Shown piece after piece: positions 52,601-64,000 of a DNA stretch of 64,000 nt; position 1 is the first letter of the stretch; every line of letters starts with the position of its first letter. This DNA is from Tubiluchus corallicola (Eukaryota > Animalia > Priapulida). Under the pieces are notes generated by a model. The model was not told where the DNA came from. It ran no database searches and saw nothing but the letters and a program-made list of their open reading frames with translations. A program made the translations under genes and the position numbers. The stretch spans positions 324,447-388,446 of the forward strand of contig JAQGDQ010000013.1 in assembly GCA_030141605.1 (NCBI GenBank), read 5' to 3'.

Positions 52601-55600
52601 ACTACGTACTGTAAGCAATTTTGGTGTGCGCTGATATATTTTGCCTGAATATTAGCAAACGTAGTATCATCAAAACAGAACAAGTCACTGAGTTGTACAT
52701 AACATACCCCGAACAAAACTGAGGGCCTAATAATAAATCTCGCCCAGACCTGATCAGGAAAGGTACAATCAATGCTGCACACAATAATCTTAAAATCAGA
52801 CCTAATAAACAGAGAAACCCTTCCTCTCCGGTTAACATTTCTAGTAGGCGCACTTTGTGTTACAATTTTAAATCCTAGTATACTAATATTACGTGAACAC
52901 TTAGTTGCTAAAATAAACACAATATAAAATTGCACTAAAGAAATCAATAACTTTGTTGTACTTAGCCTTATTACGTAGACCTTAAATATTCAAAGACACT
53001 ACTTTCAGTTGACTCACATTGCATCTGCTACTTAAAAACCTGTAAAACTATTAGGAATACTAAAAATGCAGACATCATTTACAAGAACTTTATAATTAGT
53101 CCAGTCAATTTTAATGCTAACAATTCTAACAATAGTGACTCGCAACATTTTTCTAGCATTTATTTTTTATGACTTATTGTTTTAAAGCTTCTGTGTCTTT
53201 GGAAAAATCTAAGGAAATGATCTAAAATTTCTTGTGTTTGTATAAGCGTCTATAACATCACTTTGGTAATTTTCAAGCGATTGTGTTATTTTCTCCTTAT
53301 ATCGTCATCAAAGTTTAGCCGCATTTTCTTGCGCCAGCACATATATCATACGAGCACCAAGACGTTACGGCAAAGGCATGTTAAATAAAATCTTTACTCT
53401 AATATTTGCAAAATATGAAAGAAGTAAATCTCTATTTGTCAGGTCTCTGGGTTAGTTGATGGCGTTTTCATATTCTGCAATTTATTTGTACTTCTTACAG
53501 TGTTTTCCGCTACGTGGGAATAAGAAAACATGACGTTGAATTTCATCATGACTTGGTATGGATTTATTATCGCAAAATCTTTGATTTTGATTAACAGACT
53601 TCAACATGGTGGAAATTCGATAATATGAAAGCGAACTTTCATTCAATTTTCAAGGAGAAAAAACGCAGATCATGCACGTTAAATTAAGTTTGAAAAGCTT
53701 TCCATATATTGTTCAGCTTGTTTAGGAAAAATCTCAACAATTCAATAAAAATATTTCAATATTAATGTGCAACGAATGAATGTACGATTCCGTTAATTAT
53801 AAGATCGATGCAGCATTTGTCGCAGAGAAGTGTAGTTAATAAAACTTTGTCGATTACTGTAATAATTAGCAGGTTCTCATCATTCGCTAAAAATCGTGAC
53901 CACTGAACTGATCTACGCGTTCATCTATAGGCCTATAATTGTGGGTTGTAAAGCTGTAGTACGCCTCTTGAAGTTAAATTAGTAGTAGCTTGTAGCCGCG
54001 TACGTGATGCCATAAGGCAGATAGTATTGGCATCGTGATACAGCTAATAATTGTTACTTCGATGAATTACCTTATTGTAGCATTTACAATTTAATTAAAG
54101 ACTAATTAAGGACTAATCTTATTGCTACACAGCCATCTATGCATGCACGCATGCACACGTACATACACACACGCACGCACGCGCGCACAGATCACCACAA
54201 TATTGACAAATATCTTTTAACACTGAAACAATTTATTGTCATTCAATAAGTTTGCCCAGATATGCGTCGTGCCGAGTACCCTTTGTCGCTCTAAAACTGA
54301 TTTGATTAACCCGTCTTGAGTTAACTGTCCCGGGGTAAGTGGGTAACCTGCTTTAGCATAAATTAGCTGTATGATTTACGGCAAAAGTATAGACACACAA
54401 CCCTTGGTAATTGGAAGGTAGGTATGTTGAAAGAGTAACTGTCTTAAGAATCATGTTAATAAGTATAACTACAGGGAATTTTGTGTTCTTTCAGGCTTAT
54501 AAAGCTGGGTTGTACGGTCCTAAATACGTGTGGACGGTGCCTGGGTGGTTTAACGCAGCTTGGTGGTTAAAGGATCATAAAAATACCAACTGTACCATTG
54601 AGCAAATTTCTAAGGCAGCTGAAGGCGAGTAACTGAGAACGTCGTCATTTATTTCGCTTTTAACAAACATTTGTCCATTTTTTTCAAGTTTGTGGTGGAC
54701 AGTTTTTCCTAAACGACGTCTGTAAGAAACCGTAAAACCTTTTCTCTAACTCTGAATTAACCTAATTTACTTTCTTCAACATGTTGTCCTGACAATTTCG
54801 TCTGAAACTGAGTCGAGAAAACTTGAATACGACAGAACGTCTTGAAAAGCACCCAGGCCTGGATATTCGCTGGTCTTCAAATGAATTAGGCGCGTCAAAC
54901 TTTCAAGATTTTGAGCAATTTTTCATTTTAGAAATTATGAAGATGCCAATTATTTTTATAGTTTTCTATGCTATCAAGTGATGGAACAAAATGCTTAGTT
55001 TAATACTTGAATGAAAACCACACTGACTAATTCGGATGCCGAACCATAAATAAACACAACGAACTGAAGTTTATAAAAACTTGTAAAAAGTCTTAATCTT
55101 TAACAGTAACAAACTTTGGTTAGTAACAATAATTTTTAAAACTGAATCAAAACCAATTTCCGCGCAAAGTAACAGGTCTAAAGTCCTATTACTGAACAAA
55201 TGTAACCGTGTCAGATTTTCCTTATCAAGATTGTTATTTACGTTAAACGACTGTGAATTAGCCTTATGCATTAAAATGCCAAATGATTTTATTAAAAACT
55301 TGTCCGGATGCGGAAAATTGAGTTTCTCACTTACTGAGTTTATTGCTCAACTGCTAGGAAATGTCATTAGAACCATTTGCTATTGTATTGGGGTCCCCTT
55401 CATATATCATGTAATTTCGAATGCCATTTATCGTTCCTAATAAATCTGTTTTATCGTAAAAACTTAGAATACGGAGTAACTCTGTTGTGAAATCACAATA
55501 TAAAAGCTGACTAAAACTTCTTACTCGAACGAGACCAAGAACAACATCGCGGCAAAACAGACGGCTTTATAGAGTTACGTCGCGAATGAGATATCAAAAA

Positions 55601-58600
55601 AAGCTTTCGCACACCTGAACTACGGTTGTTCAAAGAACTACAAGTCAATTTCCTACTTGTAGATAACCGAGCAGAAGGCATGATTAACAGGAAGCTTGAG
55701 CCCTTAAGTCCTTGAAAACTTGGCTTTTAATAAAATGATTATGATCACTTTGTCTGCTTTGATTACGTGTGTACTTATCCTCGATCTACAGATAAGTACT
55801 ATCTTTAATTTTGTTTTCACGTTTGTGGTGCATTAGGTCACATTGCAGCAAAAGCCATTTACATGAACGTTGAAGATGTGACAGGGATAAGTGGAATGAC
55901 TCCTGATCAATATCTGGAAACGCTCGGGAACAGAACCAACCATGCTACGTTGTTTGCTCAACATATGGCAGGAGTGGGTTATGATGCCGTCTGGACCATT
56001 GCCTTAGCACTAAATGCTACAGCCGCACAACTTAACGACACAGGTACTTGCAGAAAAACCTTAATTACTAGACCACAAAATGCACAGAATGATGACAGTG
56101 GTGATGGCAATGACAATGATATTGACAAAAACGATGATAACTATAAGCATAAGAATAACAGAACTGTAACAAGGCGCCTCTGGAATAGAATCATATCCGG
56201 AGCGAGCATATATAAGTCAGCCCCTCCCGTACGCAAGTAGTTAGTTAGTTAGCTAGTTAGTCACCATGTAGGCTCTGGAGGCGATGCCCGTTATTATGAT
56301 CTCTTTGTACATAATGTACTCTTCGTGTATGTAGCTGTAAATATGTATTTGCTTAATAAACCTATACGTTTCTACGGCCTTCATTACAGAACAACGTTAT
56401 CAGTAAGGGAAAAATAATCATCAATATCGTCGTCACCAACTACCATGACAATTATAACCATAATTATAGCGATGACAAAGAACAGTAGCAAAAACAACAA
56501 TAACGACAGCTGCTCCAACAAGAAGTGACAGCGACGACTAACCGTCACTACTCTAACATCGACTACAATGGCAATTAACATAAACAAGGTAAAAACAGAC
56601 ATAAGAGTAAAAACAGGAGTAGCAACAGCAGAAATCATCATCAGTGATGACAATTGCTGCGTGCCTTTTTAAACATAACAACGTAAAGAAAGGAATGTGC
56701 GTAGTTCCTCTGACAAAGGTTTTTGAATAGAATGGCGGCCCCACTCCACAAGTGGTGGTGTCTTTTGTATACTTTCAAGTTTCAAACACCCTTCACTCTT
56801 GTATTGTGATGGTAGGAAAAATCTTTCCGAGTGGACAATTATTGTATATTATTCTACTTAAGGTTAGTTAAGAAATATTCCATGTATAGTAGGAACGTTA
56901 ACTTTTGTACCTTAATTGCAATGAATAACTGCAGAGGCAAGTGAATCACTACTGTCATCGCCTCATTAACTACGTAATTATCTAAATGTATATTGTATCA
57001 CTACTGTCATCACCTCATTAACTACGTAATTATCTAAATGTATATTGTAGTATAAGAGTGTAGGCAAAAAGCAGAGTCTGGCGCGTGAAATGGTTGGAAC
57101 AGTTTTTTTCGCCCATGTTATAACAATTTCTAGCATGCTTTAGAGAGTACTTATACAGTCCGAAATTGTGCACAGATAAACAGAGAAATTACATTCCTGA
57201 CTGTAACTCATATGACGTCTAACATATTTATCATTGTATTTCGTCTAACATTGTACAATTTTTGTAAATCAGAAATTGCATCTTTCGTTCTTTGCTTTTA
57301 TTTATCTCTAGCTAGGAACTACAGCGAAGATCGCAAAATACTAATAATATGCTTTTCGTGAACTTCCTTTAGATACAAAAACTTTCAGCCTAATAGCTTA
57401 AAAACTCCCACACTTTAAATAAAAAATAACTAGAACTTGAACAGTGATTAGTTTATCATTAAATTGCATGAGAGACAGGACCAAATATAGTCAGAATCTG
57501 ATGCACTCAAGTATTAAGCCGCATAATCTTGTAATTTTGCTGCAATTAGGATTGGAGAATTTTACCTACAGTGATGTCGCCATGGCGAACATGATACGCA
57601 GTAACATGAGAAAGACTGGATACTTGGGAATGAAAGGCTGGAACCAATTTGATGAACATCAAAATGGAATAGAAACACGAATGATTGCTCAAATGCAAAG
57701 TATGTCTTATTAAGTTTATGCACGTGTTTAATTGTCTTTATTAACGTTTACTTTGGTGACTGTAAGTTGGCTTAAGTCTTCAGAGATTCGTCAGCATCTT
57801 CATAATCTTTTTTTCGAGCTGATAAGATATTCTGATAATTTACATACTGCTACAGGTGTTCAAAAATTTCATAAAATTATCAACGTTTTCATAAATTTAT
57901 TTCTACGTACGAGTTTAATGTTATGTTTTTATCTGATAATCACCGTTTGTTTATTTGGCGTTCATAAATGCCCAGCAAGCCCATTAGTTTTTCATAAGCT
58001 TCAACAGCTATCTATTTACGTCTCAATGAATTTAATGCCACTACTATACCGTATAATAATTGTTTTCAATTAAATTTTCCCACCATTTTAAACAAGATAT
58101 AACATGTTTCTTAAATATTTGAAAAAGTAAAACAAATGGATTTAAAATACGCAGTAACGAACTCTGAGCGAAGCTAATACTCGTGAAAAAACAATAACAA
58201 GTTAGCCTGCAAAGTAGAATGAACAAAAGCTCTTGGCCTAACATGCTTTGTGTTTAGTAAATATGTTACGCGCAAGGGTACAGTTCCAATTTCTTGAAAA
58301 CGGTTTTCCGAGGGTTTTAATGTTTGGATTCATAAAATTTTCTTGTGTCTGTGTTTGTATCAACTTCGCTAACCAGATTTTTGGCTGAGATTCTTTCAAA
58401 TATGGTTAATCTTGCGACTCTCCAAGTCTCAATTGACTTCAGTAGAACTTTTACAACGCCAGAATCTGCAGCCATAATTTGGGATTTGTGTGCTACAAAG
58501 GATTTTTCCTGTCTTAATTGCGAAATGTTGTAAATCTTGTAAATCTGTGATGATGTATTTATTATTTGTTTGAACGGTTAAACAATTATTTATATTCGGT

Positions 58601-61600
58601 AGTAAAATTTTTTGGAGGATTTGCAGAATTTAGTGACTTACACATATAAGTCATAAAATTCATCTAGTCTATAAGTTGTACGAGAACAGTACTATGAACA
58701 ATTTTGATAGGATCACATTTTTGCGAGTATTTTCCATAAGCCGCTTGGTCCAAATGAAACTTTTAACTAGAAAGACTTAGTGCCTAAATTCTGCCAAAGG
58801 ACTGGAACCAAAGGATATGTCGAGTTAACGTAAAAGATGTGCACTCCCAGTTGGCTTAAAAAGATGTCTCTCACGGTGCATCCTGTTTAACCTAAAAAAG
58901 AGTATTTTATGTAAAGCAGAAAAACATATTATAAAAAGAAGAGGCGAAAAAGGAGAGAGAGGTGAAGAAGAAAAAAGAAGAAAGAGTAGGATAAGAATAA
59001 CACTGCATATAGGTGCTATATATAAATACGTATGTCTATAAACTTTTTAAAATTTGGAAATTTCCTTTTTGTTATAATTTGCATTTCATGTTCATTAGCG
59101 TGCAAACTAATGAATGGATGCTAAAACACCGCACTGGCAAGTTGCCAACCATAATTTCTCTTTTATAAATCCTTTTAAATAAAGCCTTATAAAGAAAGCC
59201 GTTCCATTGCAGATGATACAATCGTTAACACGGGTATATATCGACCATACTTGCCTGCTAAGGAGAGACTGGCCTGGTATCCTGGTGCACCACTTGATTG
59301 GCGAGGTAAGACTATAAGACTAATCCGACGGAAATATAAATTGTCATACGTCGTCTTTCCTATAATCATTATGTCAAGGTTTATTGGTTTGATTTTGATA
59401 ATTTTAGCTCTCGTGAGCACGCAAAGAGGCAAACTTCCGTGATTATTTTAGTTTTGTCTCAAGTATTATTTATAGAGTAGTGCAAGAAGTAATGAAGTAT
59501 TGAAAATCAATACATGTACCACGCTTTGCCGTGTCAAACTGACAAAGCCTATTATAATCTGGAATCATTGAATAAACAACAGATTTTTCAATCAAGAATT
59601 TGATAGTACTTATGTGTGTTTGAGCTCAATGAGTTATTGATTAAGAGGTCATCTAAGCAAATGTTAATCTGATGAACTAGTAAGGATTGTTGTCAAGTAA
59701 ACATGTTTTGCATAGCTCGACACATTTTTGTTGTCACACGTACTGAGGCGATTTAACATTTACTCGTATGTCTTCAGACGTTTGATGCGACTTTACGTCT
59801 CATTCGACGCCTGCACACGTCTTCATCTGTCTCCACACAGATCCATAGACTGAGTTCAACAAAGCTTATCAAGTTCAGCAACACTTCATACGTGTTTACA
59901 CGTACGAACTAAATTACCATATAAGTCTTTAGAGATTTTTGGCTCGCTTTTCATGTACATTTTGAACAGTTCCAAAACAGCGTTAGAGATATTCACTTTA
60001 ACTTTGAAACTTTGGCTAAATTTCAACAAAGTGTCTCAAAATTTCGCATGTGTTGTAACGCTACATGAAATCGTGTGAAGTCCGAGTATGGCAAAATCAA
60101 CATCAAGCATCGACAGAAATGCGGAAATACATTTTTATGGCAAACTTAGCAGCCTATTTACGATGTATAAATTGTATTCCTTGGAAACGTTATTCGGTTA
60201 GGCACTTTAGAAATTTTCGACGAATCTTGAAAAAAATTAATTTCGTCAAATCTACCACGCAGTTAGTCATTTAGATAATCAACCAAATTCATATTAATAT
60301 CTGTTATTTTAACTAATGACGCGTGATTTTCCAGGCGACAAAGTACCAGTTGATGCAAGCGTGATTTTGATAGAAAAAGTTGAAATTCCTCTGAGCTTAT
60401 ACGCAACCATTTGTAGCATCGCCGGGCTCGGAATATTCTTAACATTGGCTCTGCTCATCTATAATACCGTGAATCGACAGAAAAGGTACGTTGTAAGTTA
60501 GCGACATTTTAAGTTTGCAGTGCGCAGTGCCCTCACCTTTTCCTAGTTTAGTTAGTCACTGAAATCAAAATTGTAGATACATGTAATCCAATAGAGCTCA
60601 GTGGACTGCAAGTTGAACTTGAAAACCTGGAAAATTCAAGCTGCGTTTTCCTACATCTTCATCAGAGGACAAAATAAACGTCATGATGAATTTGAATACC
60701 CCGGAGCCTGTTGTGAAGTACAGAACTCTTAAGGAGAATAGAATTGTCAATATGATTAGTCATCGTCTCTCATGGACCCGTATATCAGTAGCAGCCGGCT
60801 GAAAATGTTAGCCTGGAATTGGGGAATGCTCGTTTTAAATGATGCTGAACTATAAGCCTACACAAATGCAACAATTAAAGCCAAATCCAAATTATTATCT
60901 CCACCTCTTTTCTCTTTTTGAACAAATGGTTTGTGCATATTAAGGAGTTAAACACTTAACATAGGTGAGACAGTTAAAGGAAAGCATTTTGATTTTTCAT
61001 ACCTACCCCATTTTGAAGCGCGGTAAAAGGTATGCATTTTAATACCTGTACAACATTCAGCCCAATACGCAAAACTCGGCAGTTTTTAAAAATTTAAATT
61101 TCGCTGCACTGCTGACGCATGAGTTCTCGAATGTGTGCACTACGTCACAACTGAAAATTATTGAAATGAGAGGTACAGTGCTTGTTTTTTTGTGCAATGC
61201 ATTTCCGAGATCTAATGGCGAAATGCATCTACAGCGAAAGACTAGTTTTAACAGCTTTTTACGACACAGTTTCTTTAGCCTTTACTGGCCATTTGCTGTT
61301 GTAGCACATAGTAAAGAACGTCGTCAGCCGAAGAGCTGAAAGACGTTTAAGGATTCTCAATACATCACACTGAATTTCATTTTAACTTACTAAGTGAGAA
61401 ACCCAGATTAAAAATTTTCATTTTCAGGATTATTAAAATGTCGTCGCCTAATTTGAACAACATCATTCTGATTGGTTGCCTCAGTTCGTATATAACGGTT
61501 TTTTGTGAGTCAGTTGGTTCGCCAAATTTTATAGTTGAAACGTGCAAGGTAAGTACTCTTTTCTAAACTCAAAGATTTGTGTAAAACTAAACTAAACTAA

Positions 61601-63806
61601 ACTAAAGTATGAATGTGGAATCAATTCTGATAAATATATGTAAACCACGTATCAATTATACAGCATACCGTATCACCTTTTTATATCACATCATTCATGA
61701 ACACAAACATGATGGCCAGTGAAGAAAGGAAAATGCTCAATTATTGGTAGTTTAGGAATGAAAGAAAAACAATTCGTGGCACATGCAACTAATACCATAA
61801 ATGGCAGAATAATAAACAGCAGTTGAAGGTTTTCCACATCAAATTTTATAAGTTTGTTAATGTATCATCAGAAGATATTGCGTTTTTCGACCGCGTGCTT
61901 TTGTGGTTGGGTCGTCATGTCCCGAAGGAGGGGGCTGTAACATGCGCCTTTCTTAGTCCGCTCCTGTTTGAGAAAAATAACTAATTACCAAGTGCTTGCG
62001 ATAATTAATTTTAATGCCAATTCACTGATGCAGTGTAGCTTTTTAATATCTTTGTAATCTTGTAGACTTCATTCGGAAAACGAGTAGCAGGTGTAAAATA
62101 ACAAATTTTTGCAAAAATATAACTTAGGCAAAAAGTTCTTCTAAGCTGTAATAACGAAGATATCATCTTACAAATTTTCACGCAAATGCAATTTTCCTGC
62201 TTTTACAAAATCTCTAAACATCTTAACAAGAATTATAATATCGGCGAAAGATGTTATTTTTTTACAGAAGACCGAGAACCTTTGCTGCCAGTAATTACGG
62301 CATCACGCCGAAAACAGACGCAAATAGTTTGTTAACTAATTAGCTTTGTTAGTAAAGTAAATAATCTTGATTTTTTGAAACGAGAAATTTTAAATTCTCG
62401 ATTAACTAATTATTATAATCTTAATGTCAACACCTCGTTGAAAAATCTCATTGTTTATTTGGGAAATAAAACTAGCACAGAGGCTAGTTTATTGAAATGA
62501 CTTAAAATAGTGAATTTGTACATGAGTCCGTGTCATAAAAGCTACCGCGCACATGTTCTCTTCTTTTTCATTCTGTAATATTTTAGCGATGGATTATGTA
62601 TTTGTTCACAAAGAAGCAGTCCGGTTTATTAATTTTTGATTTTAAAATTAACCACACTTAAATGAACTGTGTACTGTGATCGCTAATTAGCTAAATAAGT
62701 CCACCCAATCCTTTTAGAGGATATATAGCGTTAATTGGTTACGTGTTATAAGGATGAGCGTGTAATGAGACCTTCACATTTTTACTGTCATATTCCGTGT
62801 GTTCCCGTGCATACACAAGTATGGAGTTAAAAATTGAGCACAGTAGGGAATCCACTAATTGGTAAGCATTCGCGAACAGTATATATTCATTATGAATGGA
62901 AAGGTAAATTATACGATTTAGGGCCACATAAAAACCTGATGATAGCTTTTGTGTGTTTTAATTACATTAAGAAGTCAATAAAATCTCCAAGCTTATGAAA
63001 GGCTATTAATTTTGAACTAAAAATCAGGTACTTTTATTTACGACTGTTTATGTTTTCAGGCTAGGAACTATGCGTTGACTATAGCATTTGCTTTGTCGTT
63101 TGGAGCACTTTTCTCTAAAACATGGCGAGTTCATCGGATATTCACAAATAAAAAAGCGCAGCGGCGGGTAGGAAAATAAACGCTACTTACTACGTAATTT
63201 AGCAAGGCCTTAATTCTTCTGCATAAGCGAAAGTTATGACAATAAAAATTATTGACAATAACTCATTTCTGATTTTAATTGTTTTCGTATGGGTGCATGG
63301 GAGAAAATCATAATTGGCAGATGAAAGAACAAAGAAAAAATGAATAAACGTATAAATAGGCCTGAGTGAAGAGGTGTTGTATACGCAAACAAGTAGATGA
63401 AATGCAAATTTATGACTTAACATATTTTTATATTTCTCACTGTTTGGACGACATGTGCCATGCTGGACGCTTATTACAATGCCAGAAAAACCAAATACAT
63501 GTAATCGTAGCAGGCAACCATTAGCTCAAAGGCTCCGGATCAAATCCTAGGATCTAGTCTGAATTATTTCAATTTTTTGCCAAACGAATGATAACAAGAT
63601 GTCTACGCAATATTTACTTCTAATTCTTTCTGCCACAGATTAAGCACAAGCTTGTAACAAGTCAACTACCTAATATTTTGCAGGTTATTAAAGATGTACA
63701 ACTGATAATGATGGTCTTCAGTATACTATCAATTGACATCATTGTACTTGTGATATGGGATGTTCTTGATCCTCTAACTGTTATTGTGTATGACCTTGAA
63801 CTCGCG
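43642..63806 (+). CDS. GABA-B receptor-like class C GPCR, first 12 exons (Venus flytrap domain to TM4); continues past the right edge
   Basis: Exons 43642-43872, 47724-47861, 48754-48924, 49445-49612, 54495-54624, 55837-56043, 57550-57699, 59213-59305, 60335-60485, 61428-61548, 63060-63167, 63684-63806 join in frame (597 codons). Signal peptide, [84 protein letters not shown]; no Cys-rich domain. Subtype not assignable. Confidence 0.93.
44889..44958. mobile_element. Tiny hairpin MITE-like element
   Basis: Perfect 15-bp inverted repeat ACCTCTATAACTAAA / TTTAGTTATAGAGGT around a (TTAG)n loop; pairing extends imperfectly to TTAA flanks. Confidence 0.6.
49040..49425. repeat. Cryptic (GAT/GGT/GAC)n low-complexity tract
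   Basis: Degenerate GATGATGGT/GATAAT triplets; similar tracts at ~43900-44230 and ~56090-56650. Confidence 0.7.
50270..50590 (+). mobile_element. Tc1/mariner-like transposase remnant
   Basis: [18 protein letters not shown] resembles the SP(L)D..VW..LK.KV segment after the last catalytic residue; [11 protein letters not shown] resembles FQQDGAPAHTS. Confidence 0.4.
50600..52950 (-). mobile_element. Decayed non-LTR retrotransposon (APE endonuclease + RT + C-terminal Cys/His motif) in GPCR intron 4
   Basis: Minus-strand fragments: RGRVSLFI...PDQVW...GVCYV...[13 protein letters not shown]...SNHAP (endonuclease); FTLTEV...NKSAFGDGI...[17 protein letters not shown] and FIDFYTAYD (RT); [24 protein letters not shown]...QSEEHV (C-terminus). 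AATAAA-rich tail near 50600; many stops and frameshifts. A possible ORF1 tail extends to ~53400. Confidence 0.85.
54625..55836 (+). other. GC-AG intron of the GPCR gene
   Basis: Donor AAG|GCGAGT in phase 1 joins the phase-1 acceptor TAG|GTCAC to give KAAEGHIAA, matching GABA-B1 EAVEGHITT. The nearby GT (54629) is phase 2 and breaks the frame. Confidence 0.85.
56165..56388 (+). mobile_element. Solo LTR (224 bp, Gypsy-like)
   Basis: TGTAA...TTACA termini, exact 4-bp TSD GAAC on both sides, TATATAA at 56209-56215 and AATAAA at 56355-56360. Confidence 0.85.
56945..57048. repeat. 52-bp tandem duplication
   Basis: ATCACTACTGTCATC(G/A)CCTCATTAACTACGTAATTATCTAAATGTATATTGT occurs twice with one mismatch. 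Confidence 0.95.
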
Positions 63807-64000
63807 GTAAGGAAAAAATTGTTTTTTTAGTAATCGTTTTCAATCATTAATTATTTTCAACTCGTATTTCCACAGAGTACGACTCCTCTCGTACGACCAG
63901 TCGACCACTGGCGTACGGGTGTAATTCAGGCAGCAATGTGGCGTGCGGGTACGTGCAATTCAGGGTAAGCTCATAAAGACTCCGCTACGACGACTTCAGG

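Noticed and set aside
63876-63964. Candidate GPCR exon 13 (CAG|AGTACG...GG|GTAAGC)
   Set aside because: Open in phase 0, but the peptide does not convincingly match the expected ECL2/TM5 sequence; cannot be resolved at the window edge.

Overview
AT-rich, intron-rich animal (invertebrate-like) genomic DNA; the species cannot be determined from the sequence. I assembled five protein-coding genes by hand from splice sites and recognisable peptides. (1) The 5' part of neuroguidin/NGDN (minus strand, runs off the left edge). (2) A complete TSPAN13/31-type tetraspanin with a U12 minor intron and two intact, duplicated alternative last exons. (3) A two-exon divergent Snail/Scratch-superfamily zinc-finger gene whose SNAG-like motif is in a short first exon (minus). 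(4) A 15-exon SLC5 (SMCT/SMVT-like) sodium:solute symporter with a dead copy of exon 1 and a duplicated exon-6 acceptor. (5) The first 12 exons of a GABA-B-like class C GPCR with a GC-AG intron and a non-canonical ligand pocket (runs off the right edge). Introns and spacers hold decayed Harbinger, hAT-like, Kolobok-like, Tc1/mariner, LINE, SINE-like and solo-LTR elements, microsatellites and degenerate minisatellites. Most ORFs in the supplied track are spurious. All family calls rest on remembered motifs, not database searches, and I found no clearly novel multi-gene system.
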